From the NCBI GenBank assembly GCA_032718475.1, contig JAUCBJ010005626.1, positions 1 through 64,000 of the forward strand: a stretch of DNA of 64,000 bases, read 5' to 3'. A program made the translations under genes and the position numbers. Position 1 is the first letter of the stretch. Each line of letters begins with the position of its first letter. Shown here one piece after another: positions 41,701-56,700 of this stretch. The DNA comes from Nemertoderma westbladi. Lineage: Eukaryota; Animalia; Xenacoelomorpha. Below the pieces are notes generated by a model that did not search any database, had not been told where the DNA came from, and was given only the letters and a program-made list of their open reading frames with translations.

Positions 41701-44700
41701 AAGACCAATCACACTTAATAATATCTGCACTATCTGGGTAGGACACTTTAACTTTTGGATATGCCAAATGCGTCTGAAGCTGCTTTCTGAAATTCTTTAT
41801 CTACACCATCTTTGCTCATGGTCTTTAATCGAAATCACACTCTTGGCACTTCTACCAATTCCGTCTACTGTTCCTTTTCCATGCGTGGTGCGGAATATTA
41901 CCAAACAATGTCAACCATAACCAAACAACCAAAACCAAAACGTCAACCAAACAAATGTCAGCCATAAAGCAATTCTTGAACTCCGACGAAGGACCATCAC
42001 TCCAAAAAATAAGTGAACTTTTCGGACAATCTGATCGCTGCATGATATCAGCTAAGATAATATCAAGGAAGTGAGCAACTTGATCTTTTATTTATCTTTT
42101 ATATTAGAACAAATCAAATATGACTGGCTGTATTTACCACCAGCAAAATAGGAACATGTAAACAGGGTTACTGACTGTCTCATCCATAGCACCGACTGAA
42201 CTTTATTCTGATACTCGCATGAGTAATTCATTTTGAAATCGAACTGGAGAACATAATTTGAATCACAATCTTTACGAAACCTCCTTTGCTTATTGGCGTT
42301 TCACAAGAACATGATGCTGAAACACACCAAGTTCAGCCATAACCATTCACATCCTTTTTCCATTGTCTCCAACTGGCTTCAGCAGTGAAATTTCTATCGA
42401 AAATAAGAAGCTTCCCATTCTGGCAGATGTTGCATGTCCCTCTCCAGCAATCTGATTCTAGTTGTTGTTCGATAACTCATTCAAACAAGCTGGTCTAAGT
42501 GATTTAAGTTAAGAAGTCCTAAGAAAAACAACTCTATAATAGCTAATGTAGCAAAGAATGAAGCAAATAAGTTGAGGAAGCCTCTATGGTCAGTATATGA
42601 AAGTTAATTGAATGTGATTTTATAACATATGAAGATATGAATGTTTACTTGGAGACACTGATGGCCAATTCATTTTTTACTGCATTTGTTATCAAATTAT
42701 TCATGTTCAACCTAAGTCCTGTTTAAATTTTTTTTATTTTATAGTTTTTACATTCTATTTATATTAAAACATAAAAACCATTCAATTTGTAATGGTGCTG
42801 GTAAGTTTTAATTAATCAAGAATATACATACATTATTGATTAAATTTCTGCAATTGAATTGGATTTGAAATCCGTTTTTAGTGTTTGATTCAGCATAAAA
42901 ATGTGTATATGAATCATTAAAAAATTTGTAACCAACCATAGGTCAATTTCTTGATCAAACCTCACATATAGAGAAATATAATTATTATATACTAATAAGA
43001 ATTTATTTAAATGCTATATAAATTAAGATGTTAATTGTAGATCTGAAATTTTTTGTTAATCCATACCATGTATATATACCCATCCAATTTTCTTTATATG
43101 TTGGTTATCTACAACATGTATGTTAGAGGGTAGTAAAAAAATTAAATTTTTAAAAAGGAAACTTATACATTTTTTATAGGCAGTGAACAGGCACCAACCA
43201 CAAAATCCAGAGTAATTTTAGAATGGGAAGATGCATCTATGCTACCTCTAGTGGAAGTCGATTCTCAACTTGTTCGTCACTTAAAACCACATCAAATAGA
43301 TGGAGTGGAGTTTATGTGGGATTGCCTTATAGGTAGATCAAGTAATATTCAACCTGTCAGCCAATCTAGATATCAGAATCAAGGAACTGGGTGTATACTC
43401 GCCCATTGTATGGGATTAGGAAAGACTCTGCAGGTTAGTATATTATATAAATTATAGTGCATTTTAAACCTATAACACCTAATAATATTTAAATAGGAAA
43501 GAAGTCAAAATGATGCCGTTCGTGGCGTATCCATAATTATAACTTCAGGGATAATGACTGCAGAAAGGGTCTAATGCCACGGTTAACAAAAACAGTTTCT
43601 ATTTATATGGCCATTTCATCCTCATGGACGTCTTCAGTAAATAAATTAAAATAACATTAAAACACAATTTATAAACCTAAACCATAATATTAAATTTAAC
43701 GTACGGTACAACTAATTATTATGCCACCAAATTCCGATATAGACAGTATGATAGGATGTATTAGATTAACATATTTAGATTTATCGCAATACTGTATGTA
43801 GGCCTAGAGATAGAATTGTAGGCTACATGTGTTGTTGTACTGTTAAAAATTAAAAAAAAATAAATAAAAAATTTAAAAAATAAAAAACAAAAAGGGGTGC
43901 TAAATATATTGTTGGCACGGTAAAAATAGGTAACAGCAAAAATTACTGTAGGCCTACATATTTTAAAAAAAGGGGGGTAACGTTAAAACCAATAAATGAT
44001 TAAAAATTGTTGGTTCCAATATTAAGTCGTTGAATTACAAATTTACAAATAAAAGTGAGGCTGGTAAAAGGGTAAAAAAAAAATTTATAAAAAAATGTTG
44101 GTTCTGAATTAAAAAATCATTAAAATATATAATTTAAAGGAAAGGAAAAGAATACCTAAGCCATGAGTTGCATAAAATTGAGGGGGAAAAAAAGTCAGCC
44201 AGCTGTACTGTACGTACTATAGCCAAACATATTAGTATTCAATAGGAAATACCAAAACAAAAGCTTTTTTTTAAAATTGTAATATGTAATCTTGTAGGGA
44301 ATCCTTTTATTTAGTAACAGTAATATGTGTCTTTCTATCCCCCTCAATTTTATGCAACTCATGGCTTAGGTATTCCTTTTCTTTCCTTTAAATTATATAT
44401 TTTAATGATTTTTTAATTCAGAACCAACATTTTTTTTATAAATTTTTTTTTACCCTTTCACCAGCCTCACTTTTATTTGTAAATTTGTAATTCAACGACT
44501 TAATATTGGAACCAACAATTTTTAATCATTTATTGGTTTTAACGTTACCCCCCTTTTTTTAAAATACGTAGGCCTACACAGTAATTTTTGCTGTTACCTA
44601 TTTTTACCGAGCCAACAATATATTTAGCACCCCTTTTTATTTTTATTTTTTATTTTTTAAATTTTTTATTTATTTTTTTTTAATTTTTAACAGTTGAACG

Positions 44701-47700
44701 TCTAATACCTTAACAACACATGTAGCCTACAATTCTATCTCTAGGCCTACATACAGTATTACGATAAATCTAAATATGTTAATCTAATACATCCTATCAT
44801 ACTGTCTATATCGGTATTTGGTGGCATAATAATTAGTTGTACCGTACGTTAAATTTAATATTATGGTTTACGTTTATAAATTGTGTTTTAATGTTATTTT
44901 AATTTATTTACTGAACACGTTCGTGAGGATGAAATGGCCATATAAATAGAAACTGTTTTTGTTAACAGTGGCTTTAGACCCTTTCTGCAGTCATTATCCC
45001 TGAAGACCTAATAATATATTATATGATGAAATTAGGTTATGTGGGAGATTCCTCATCTGAAAACCGTTCTAAACTTCACCAAAAACTGCCAAAGATAATA
45101 TCTCTGGCAATTTATGGTGAAATTTAAAACGGTTTTCAGATTCGGAATCTGCAGATGAAGGCGTTTCTCATAATATATTACATTCAAAAGATTAAAAATT
45201 AACCCAACAGAGATGGTTAAATATTGCCAAATAGACGATTTTCAACAACATGGTGTATCGAAATAGCTCAGCAATTGAAAAATCCGGCTATGCCAGCAGT
45301 AAGAAAAGATGCCGAACTATCATCATACCAAAGTAGCATATGATTATGTTTGAAAAAAAATATAATTTACGCAATTGCAGTTATAACAATAAAGATGTTT
45401 AAGATAATCTTTCATATATTATGGATTTACAAACTTTTATACTTTAACAATATTCAATTATGATTAATACTTAATATGTATTCTAGCATTACTATTTCTA
45501 AAATAATTATAACACTTAATATTTGTGTGGTTGTAAACCTTTACAGCATAATTATTATTTTATTTATTTCAAACCAGAAGGTTCATAGACTAGAAAATAG
45601 CACAATTTTACATAAGATAAGTAAAAATATAAATATAATTTATATACACATTTGCATTCAGTATTGCTCAAAAAATATCATTTAAATTTGTGGTAGTTTT
45701 GTACTTATCAAAAATAACAGAATCCGTGTGACAAGCTGATCTCACAGTACAAATTATAATATTATTGGATTTAAGGTTAGAGCACTTATTAAATCGATGG
45801 ATTAACATACTAGAAACGCATTTCCTAAAGGAAATAACCACAAAGCTAAGAAAAATTAAACAAAGGTTTATTCTTTAGTCTGTTGCTTAGACTTATTTAA
45901 TATAGTCATATATTAGTACTTAGTCATATATTATTGCAAAGTCGATGTCCAAATGACCCAATTTCTATCAAGGTCTGTTTGCAGTGGTTGTCATGGAAAC
46001 TATCCGGAAACTGGAAAAAATAGAAAAATGGAATTCGGATGCAAAACAAGTATTATAGTGGGGTAGGGGTTGCTCCCAAGTCGTAATACTTTGACCTTAT
46101 GCTTAAAATTATCATTTTATAAATATGAAAATCTGTTTAGACTGGTTGCCATGGTAACTAGATTTTCTAATTAACATAATTTTGGTCATGTATGACCTAT
46201 ATAATTTATTTAAAAAAAACCAATATGGTTTTGCTACAAATAGAGTTATTTGCATAGACTTGAAACGTGAATGATATTGACTTTAATAAACTTATGTTAC
46301 CATGGTATCTAAATATTTCTGGAATGTTTTGAGTTTTACAAAAACTCAGCTATGGAAAGTCTTTCTTAGCGAAAGTGGTTGTTTTCCTTAGCTTCATGGA
46401 TTAGCTCGACCATAGGAAGCTCTTGTTTGGCCAGCTATGTCAAGGTTGTCACAAAATTCAGAACTGATACCGGTAATAATAATGGCGTAAGTATTTAAAT
46501 TTAGAAACTACTTCAATAATTTCCCCATACAAATAAATATGTCCGACTTTAATCAGAAATGTGATACATTAAATAGAATAATGATGTGTATTTCGGATAA
46601 TCTTGACATCTGGTACTTTATTAGATTATAATGCATAGCATTTCTTCTTGTTAATAGCAATGGTCCGGTATGTAAAACAAAAACATTTCAGCTTTAGGCA
46701 GGAACTGCAGAACGGGACACAATAGCTTTAGTGTTATTCATCCAAAGCCCATTATGAATTACATACTCAAACTTAATTAACAGGTGTCTTATAAAACACA
46801 ACTCATATATTATATTAATCTATATATATATATATATATAATCTATATTATATTAATTTTATTGACATTTATAATTTTATTCCCATGGGAATGCTTTTCA
46901 AAAAGCCTGCTATTTCATATTGTAGGAACAATTATCAAGATTAGCTTTATATGATTAAAAGGCATATATAGTATACTGTAGTTTCTATGTATGTTATGGG
47001 AATCACCCATCTCGTTATATAATTTTATAATATTATATTAATTATGTCGATTTTTGAATAAAATATAATTATTTTCTTTGAAGTTTAGTTGATAATTATT
47101 ATTTTAACAGGTGATAACATTATTACATACAGTTTTGAGTAATCTGTGTGGCATACGGCTGTGTCTCTGCATCGTTCCTTATAACACAGTTATGAACTGG
47201 AAACAAGAATTTACCAAATGGCTGCCAAAAGATAGTCCTATTAGGATAACTGATACAATAGGGATTATTGACCATAAACAACGGTTAGATAGGTAAGTGA
47301 AAGTTTTTTTTTATTTTGATATGGAGTTTTTTTACTTTTTTACTCTTTTAAGAAATACGTTTTCCTTGTCTTGTTTTCGTATAATATTTTATCCATAAAT
47401 TGTTACTTTTTTGCTCGATATAGGCCTACCCTAAAATCAGGAGAAAACGTTCCAATTTTATTCCCAGGGAAAAAAAGTAACCCATAGGATTTAACTCGCT
47501 GACGCTCGGTAAATGAAGTGCCTTGAGAATAGTGAAAAAAGTTCTACTTACTTCCCATGTAATAAATAATTATATTTTCGATTTTTTACCATCATATGCA
47601 TTTATCAATCAAGCCATTATTGAGAGAAATCACCTTTTGTTCTGGTTTCGTAGATTATTATTATTAGGATACATGCATATTATATGCTAATATTAAATTG

Positions 47701-50700
47701 GAACGAACCCAAGAGCTTCGGCTCATAACTTTTTATTCCACGTTTTAGTACTGCACGTGGTCAAATTCTTATTCAGTATATGGGACCACACATTTGTAAT
47801 TCTACTGTATCTCTCAATATATCAACCCAGAAACGGAATTATGATTTAGTTCTTTCGGTTTTTTAGTCTTATAGACGGTATTCTTATAGCCAGCTTGCTG
47901 GCTTTCTAGTTATAAATCTAATATGTAGGCCTTAACCGTACTCAATGCAGCATGGAATACAGTATTGCTGCTGGAAATACTCAGGGCCGGATTTAGACCA
48001 CTAACTACTAACAGTACTACCTACTACAGTACTATCGGCATGATGCATTACAGTTTCATTATATATAATAATTATATATTGAGAATGCTCTGCCAGCTTG
48101 TCAACAGAATTCCGCCGCCACAACTCCTCATCTAGTCAAAATATTTACTAGATCATCCGCATATTCAAGGCCAGTGTCCTTTAAGATGCGTCTCAAGAAA
48201 GTCATGGGCTGCCCATGTCCACTCCATGAGGCCGCCAAAGCACAAGATTTATGCACTAGCTGGTCCTCATGGCGAAATCTCTAGACCAACTTGGCCCATG
48301 AGGCACAAGAAAACTTTGGACTCCATTACCAAAGAGCAACACAAATGGAAATTTGAAAAATTTTGTCACCGTCTAGCAGCGATAAGTCACTTAATATTTA
48401 TCTAAATATTTTGAAACAAACTTTTTTGGACTCAGCACAGTCAAATCTACTAAACTCTCCAGCAGATTTATTGAATATCAATTTTGAATTAAATTAATTA
48501 ATTTTAATTTATTAAGGGGGGGGGGGGGGGGGGGGGGGGTCACCGAGAAGGGTAAAATTTTGACGTTTTTTCTTTTTAATTTTATCTAATACAGAAATTT
48601 ACGGTGATATTAATGGTAAAATCTGCATTTTGTTTTTTGGTGCAATTAATAGACCCTCAAACAAAGACATAAAACAATTCAAAATTTTTTTAGGTTCCAG
48701 GTGTGTCTCGATAACCATAGAACCAGCGTAATGGGTACATATGTTAATAGTAAAATGTTTGGGGATACTGTAGCCTGGGGTACCATCTCGATCAAAATAT
48801 AACACTTAGCCATATATTAATGTTTGTTCATTCACCACAATCGAATCCTTGAAACATTAAATCTGATTCATCTCCATCAGCTTCATTTTGTACAACTCAT
48901 ATAACTAGCTGGATGTGCTTGCGCATCGCGAAAGAAGCTCTCTAGCTTCAGACGACTGTTAAACTGTCCACGTCTTCGTTCAAGTTACACTCAAAATAAT
49001 GTATATACAGTACATCAATAATGTATGTAATGTATATCACATATGACCTGTAAGAGTTAATGAACAGACATAATTATTGACCTTTCAATAAGTTTACTAT
49101 ATTATTAGAAGTTCGTTAGGACTTCTTACTGTAAAAGTAATCACTATGTATCTATCTATATCGGGTGAACTCCTCCGAAGCTAAAGACGCAGCTCAACCC
49201 CAGGATGTGGAAAAAAAGTTTCGAAAAAAATTATTAAAGTGTCTTCTTTTATTTCGTAAAATACCCCCATACCACGAAAATTGCCATAGACGGAATGATA
49301 GAAACACCAGCTGCTGGTGCTCATGAGGGCCTATCAATAGAACTACTATTGATTGAATGGATAGGCCCAAACTGCACAGAAGTATATTACTTGCCAAGTT
49401 TATCACTCTCTCACTCTATCCCAGACACGTTATCAAATATCAACTGGTTTGTAATGTGGGGCGAGCCACGAAGTGAGTGAGCCTTAGCGTAGTGGTACCA
49501 TTAATCAACCTGTCGTTCTGTCGCGTTCAATTTTAAACGTTAATAACTCGGCCAATCTTTGATGAAATCTATCCAAACTTGGTACACATGTTGTTTGGCA
49601 AAAGTTTAGAAATTTTCCAAGTAGAATTTCCGTGTGGCCTTCGAGAAGCTAAGATAATAGCAGTTCATTAGTTAATTAAGTTGATTACTGTAAAAACACC
49701 ATTTTCAACCTGCCTTTTAAAGGAAATTAATTGTTTTACAGTATAAGATTTAAATAATTATACTTAAAAATTATACAGATGTAATCCACATACGCCATTC
49801 TATTATAGTTTTTAATTAGTTCAAGTGATTTGCTTTAATAATTGTGTCTTTAATTGATCTAAAGTAATTAAAACGGCGTAAAAAATTGATTCTCATTAAA
49901 TACTGCTCATTTATTGGCCAACATGCTGGTACATAGATGGAAGGATGTGTCTTAAGCCAGCCAGTTGCTGGGAATGATTATTGGTCAAGTCTCTGCTGGT
50001 GTGGAGCTAGCTGGGAGTTGTGGCTGTAGACTAACCAGAGAGGAATTGTAATAGGCAACCAGTATTGCTATTCCAGCCCAGACAGCATTCTTTAAATCCA
50101 ACATCCCAACACGTTCGTGGGGCCTTCGCGCAGCACGAGGCCCAGTTATGATATACAAATTAAAACTGAGCGACTGTATCACAAAATCAGTATTTGAGAA
50201 ATTTACCCACACCACCAATCAATTAAAGAAAGGGGTACAGTACGTGTTCAGCCCTTTTAATCTGCACCCCCCCACCCCCACCCTTCCCACCCGCCAATAC
50301 ATAACCGCGACATCTACCACCCATTGAAGGGTATTATAAGCCTCGTTGTGCTCGTCCTGTTTTGTATTTAAATATAATTCCTAAACGCAGATAGAAATGA
50401 TTATATATACAATATATTACTTAAATTGAATAATATAGATAGCGAAAAAAAGAAATTAATTATACGATTAAAATAAATTATTGCATAAGAAGGGTTGTTG
50501 CGCGACAAAATTGTTGAGCAATTTAAAGCAATATAACAACTGAATAAGGGGTAACAAGGTGCCCTGAATCGAGTAACGGGATGTGTTTTTTGTGTAAACA
50601 CGAGGAAACGGTCGAAATTGGGGGTTTAAGTAAGCATGGGAAGCCAATTTTGAAAACTGGCTGTAATTGGCTGCTACATGTTTGACGTCACTACAAAGTG

Positions 50701-53700
50701 CTCTGATAATATATTATCTTGGTTTGTATGGACAGTGATTTTCAAACCATTCAAATAAATATTAAATCTCAATCATTTCACATGTGGCTTATTATTATAT
50801 CTATTAAAAGTGGAGAATCTAGCGCGTCTTATGACCTACATTGACTAAATTAATGACGAGGAACGTTGATAAAATGCTGTTTCCAACAGTATTTCCAGCA
50901 GCAATACAGCATTTTATCAATCTTCATCATCGATCATCATCATACATTTAATTAATTAATTGTTAATTAATCTTCACTTTCAATTGATACAAGCTACGTG
51001 TCAAATGATTGATATTAAATGTGTATAAATGAATCTAAGAAAAGATCTAAAATCACCCTCCATTGAAAGCAATATAAGAAATTATCAGCGCACTGCGTAG
51101 TGAGGTCAAATCTGTAGTTCTAATTACAGCCGATTTTCAAAATTGTATTTCCGGGCTTACTTAAACCCGCCATTTAGACTGTTACCTTGTGTTTTTATGT
51201 ACAATACTCTCGTAACGCATCAAAAGTAATCACTAACTTAATAACAATATACTTGAGTATTCCCCATTAATGATAGCAATTATTGTTACGTAACGTACAG
51301 TTGTTACAATAACTGCAATTCATTGGATAATAATTATATGAATTTCATTAATATTCCTAAAAAATAAAATATTAAAGCTAATAGTTAAGCATTAAAAAGC
51401 GCATTTTAGGTTATGATACATGTCCACACAATCATGACCGTGTGGCTGCGGGTAATGCAGCTGGGGACCATGTGGCAGCGGAAAACGACGCCGGGGGCCA
51501 TGATAACACTGGTGACGCAGCTGGGGTCTGTATAGGCGCTGGCAGTTTCGTAGTCAATAAATTGTCAATCAACTCCAACTTCGATTTAAAACTCTGTTTG
51601 AGTAATTTCTACGTTGTTTAGCCGTGTTTCAAGAACAGTCCGCATGGCATTCATGGCGACGGTTTGTGCTTCGCTTTCATTTTTTTTATATTTATTTATT
51701 GCCATACTTAAATACAATATTGTATATAAGGCAGTTTAGAGGCAAGCCTCTTTAACTGATAATAACTGACCTCTTAAGGAGGTCAGCTGGCACTCTATCC
51801 TAATAAGTAAGTACTAAATATAAATATAAAATGCATGCAGTAAATAATAAACCTATGAACGAAATGGTTACACAATATTTCCATGCAGAAGAGCAATATA
51901 TTTATCTAGTAAATTAATTGTACGGTACTGTACTTATATTACAGGAAACTACAGTACCGCTTTCAAATAACGTCGTATTGGTTCCTAATAGGATCCTAAC
52001 AGGATCCAAGTCACTGATTCATCAACCAGATGGTGGAGTAGCGAAGCTAACTGTCTTTCAAGTTTGCTGTTTTCAAATTGTAGACGAGTATTGTCAGCTT
52101 CCAGACTTTCAATCTTTACTGCCGCGCACACCCCGCAGAGGAAGTTTTGGTTTGAGAGATCAAAGCCATCGGCAATTGGTGTTTCAATTTCGGTCCAGGA
52201 ACTCTGACAATGGGAGCATTCAATCTTAGCTGTGGTCCATTCCCGTGGTTTTGGCTTCCTTTTCTTCGTCCCAAATGACAGATTCTTCTGAAGACGTTCG
52301 ATTCGCTTTCAGTTTATTGTTGGCGTTTGTGTTTTGAAGTTGTATTCGAGTGGACAGTCGCGCCGGTTTCGAGGTAACCATACCGACCTGTGATAAGCGT
52401 TGGTTTTGTTGAGTGCCGGTATTCATCTTCTCTCACCTCTTCAATGTCAGATGTTGCAAATACGAATAACGGTATATATTTCAATACTTGTCAATAGTAA
52501 TATAGATAATTTAGATAATTTAGATAACTATTTTATATCTGTACTGTTGAGCAAACTCTACATAAATTCCAACCTGTGTATCGCCGGTAGGGCTGTTGCT
52601 GTGCAAGTGCTAGTTGCCACCGGTCAGCCGGTACCGGTAGTAGGGTGGTACCATGGCCTACTACACACAGGCCATGACAAGGACTTTGCTGTGAAATTAG
52701 CGTAGGATTTTCCATGAATGTAGGGTCCATATTTAAAAGAAGATGACTAGATTTTCGTAAAGAATTTAATTGAAACAGTATTTAATAATAAATAAATTAA
52801 TTATCGCTCGAGTTCCTGCAGCTTTTATTCGTGGCAGGAATGTTTGAACGCTAATAAGTCGGTCAATCATGGATGAAATGGAACCAAACTTGGTACACTT
52901 GTAGTCTTTAAAAAAATTTAGAAATTCTACACACAGACAGACTTCTACAGTTCCCCGGTCTGCCGCTAGGGGGCGAATTAACAGAAACGTAAAAATAGCT
53001 GTAATTATAGAACCAACGATCAGATTCATCTGAAATTTAGTAGTAGTTACCTAAGAGCATTGCTTAATTAGAAATTCTACATAGACTTTTACAGTTCCTG
53101 TCTGCCGCTAGTGGGGAATTGTTAGAGCTCCAGTTCAACGTGCTTAGCACGGTTTAATAAACAATCAATTAATTATTTTATTCAATACAGTAATTATAAC
53201 AGTAAAATGCAATGTATTCTATTTTTTAGTGAAATCAAGAGATAGGAGGGGGGTGGGACTGGACGCAAATCCCATCTTGGCGAATTAATATCCCGCCTCA
53301 ATATTAATTTCTAAATTTTGGGAAAGGAGCAGGTTACAGTGGCACGTTATTTTAACCAAAACAATAAAGTAAACACAATAGAACAGGTTACAGTTTTATT
53401 TTTGAGAGTAATCAGCTGTTGTTATTTGCGTCCAATTTCCCCTGGAGAGGGATGAATTTTTATTGCGTCCAGTCCCCCCCCCCCCCCCCCCCCCCTATCT
53501 TGAAATCAAATACCAAAAATATATTTATTATATGAACAATCTATTTGGAAATTGTAAGTTCGGCCTATCTCTTTACCATAAGCTCAGTATCTTTATCTGG
53601 TGTGTTTTTATTATTTTACCAATTATTTAATATGTTTGATAGAATTTAACAACACCGCCCAACACAACCAACTCTCTATCCGCCTCGAGCATCGAGAATA

Positions 53701-56700
53701 CGAGAAACTCGATCGAAATACCTGCTTATCCCAGTAGTATCCGTCCATAGTCACCGGACCGCTGCGGTTTACTCCCGTAGAACAGTAGAATTCCCGCAGC
53801 TTCCGACCCAATTCGACAACGAATTCGCTTCACACTTTCGCGACACAGAGAACGTAATCCAGTGCGATAACGTCTGCCCAACGGTCAACCATTTCCCCCA
53901 GGCGATCCCAGGATCCGCACCGCCGCTAAACCCAGATCGCAATCCTCGTCGATTCGTCCAGTCGTCGACGTAAGTCAGTAAGTGGGACTCTTCCCACCGC
54001 ACTCCAAGGTGGGTGACCGGAGTGAGGCATGATGAACTTGGCAGTGGCCCGCATTACGATCTGACCGACCGCCGTATTCCCAGTGTCTGAGTGTAGTAAA
54101 TACCCAAATAGAATCGTACTGACAAACAAGCAATTCCGTAGTATTCCCCCGTTAATCACCTCTTGAAGCAACTCGGCTGCTCGGGTCCAGATACATCGGA
54201 CTGTCGGGAGCGTTTCAGACAGTAATGGAGCGGCATTTGCGAATATTTCCAATTTTATAATAAATAAGGGGATTCAACAGTTCAATGCTAAAACAAATGG
54301 ATTATTCCTAACCCCACCCCAATACAGCAATATACCTAACAGTATATAGCTTAGGTACCACAGTCTGACAGTACCATAATCAGCACAGTCAGCCTACGCA
54401 TGGGTGGTACCTACGGTGCACACTACAACGGCAGTACAGCAATACGGTGTACCGTGCCAATGACTGAATGATTAGCGGTAACTACTGAACTATCTAAACT
54501 ATTATATTATTATTACCGGTACTAGGCTAATTAGGCCTAAACTATAATCACCGCAAGGGTTTCCGGGGCCATGTTTAATTAGATTACATGATATGGCATG
54601 TCTGCAGTGTATGGTACCGGCTGACCTGTATTGCAGTATTGACTGATTGCAGAATTCTCGATTCAGGAATTGAGTACAGCCTGACAGTACCGGTACAAAT
54701 GGTACATGCAGATTGGCAGACAGCCCCTATGTTTTGCAAAATTTGTCAGAAAACCAGCTGATTTATCCTACAGTAATAATAATTTAACGCATGTTAATTT
54801 TGGATAAATAAATATATTATAACTACAATAACAGTTACACTGATGCTGCACAAAGGCCCCACGCAAATTCTACTTGGAAAATTTTCAAACTTTTGCCAAA
54901 CAACATGTGTACCAAGTTTGGATAGATTTCATCAAGGATTGGCCGAGTTATTAACGTTTAAAATAAAATACTGAAAAAAAACGCGACAGAACGACAGGTT
55001 GATTAATGGTACCCCTACGCTAAGGCTCACTCACTTCGTGGCTCGCCCCACATTGACTCTACTATAAGTGTTGTATTGCTATCTCAGGTAAATGACAGAT
55101 ATAATAACATAAATACCATCCATGGCATGGCTGTTGTAGGCTTCTGAAATAGTTTATTCCACAATGTATGTCTGGTTATTTTTTAATTGAATTTTTGCAA
55201 AGTAGTAAAATTAATGTTCTTAAAAAATAATATTATTATTTTATATGTAACCTAGGAAATTAGCTACATTTTTTCGCTGCAGCTTTAAGAGTGTACATTG
55301 ATTTAATATTATTTCAATACCCATATTACTACATCGGCATAAGATGCGTTGGCGTTGTATCACACATCTCCACATATCACACATCTCCACATGGATGTAT
55401 CAACAGTTACTCGCACAGTTTCGAAACTTCGCATAGTTATAACTGTATAAAGATCGTCAGTCTGCGTTTAGGAAAAATATTTTATGACAAAACAGGACAA
55501 GCGACGAGCGCAACGAGGCATATAATGAAGACGAGTACTGCGTTGACTAAATTATTATATAAACCACCTGGCTTCACATATTGATCGCATCCCTAGTTAT
55601 TATTATTATAAAGATCGTCCTAGCCTGCGTTTAAGAAATATATTTAAATACAAAACAGGACGAACGCAAAGAGGCTTATAATGAAAACGAGTACTGCGTT
55701 TATTATATTCCTATAAACCACCTGGCTTTGCATATTTAACGTGCGATTGGAAATAAGTTCGTGCTACCCTTCCGTGGGTGGTAGATGTCGCGGTTATGTA
55801 TTGGTGGTTGGGAAGGGTGGGGGGGGGGGGGAGATTAAAAGGGGTAAACACGTACTGTCCCCCTTTCTTTGATTGATTGGTGGTGTGGGTAAATTTCTCA
55901 AAACCTGATTTTGTGATACAGTCGCTCAATTTTAATTTGTATCTAATAACTGGGCCTCGTGCTGCGCGAAGGCCCCACGAACGTGTATTATCCCGCCAGC
56001 TGAATAGCTCTTCCCAGTGCGCCAACTAATAGTATATTTATTGTAGTATAATGGTAATAATATGTTATTGTAGCTCAAGCCAAAGCTAAATTCCAGAACA
56101 CGTTTTTTTTCTTTTTCTTTCTTCATGTCCGAAAATCAGCGGTAAAATGGAGACAGGAAAGAAGCTAAGAGCTTCTTAACAACGAATCCGGCTTTAGACA
56201 GGGTAGTTTTTGACTAAAGCTGAGGCCGGCAAAAACACGATGGATGTTCGTTTGTATGTATGTTTGTATAAACACCAAATGGCTTCAAACCACTTGCATG
56301 TATTGGAAAATTGTAAACGCGACTATTTATCAAATAGTATCTACTGTAGTTGTTGAATAATAAAGCTGGGAACGATTCGATGTGCGATATTCGAAATATT
56401 AGCATATTATCAACATTATGGAACGCGAAATTAAATACCTACAACTACACTTTGACAGCGGAACAACATTTTACTACTTATTGTCAATTGGAGTTACGTA
56501 TATTAATGATATGGTTAATTATTGTTCATCTTTATTCAATCGGTTAGTGTAATGACAAGCAGTACATAATTTATATTATCATATCAAAAAGGCCTATTGT
56601 CATCGTTCTCAATTGTAATGTAAAGGTTTAGTAGGTTTTGTATATCTGGCACGTTTACAACAGCTGTTAATTAAACTAACAAAACCAGAAAACTGAACCA

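Larger units (their letters stand above)
43543..45005. mobile_element. Young long inverted repeat (arms 43543-44187 and 44338-45005, 150-bp spacer), Penelope-like, each arm with a hammerhead motif
   Basis: The arms are reverse complements along their whole length with only scattered substitutions and small indels. No TSD evident. Confidence 0.9.

Noticed and set aside
48512-49178. Kolobok-like element starting TTAA-G24-TCACCGA
   Set aside because: The candidate right end (tcgggtgaactcctcc) matches poorly and lacks a TTAA TSD, so the boundaries cannot be supported.
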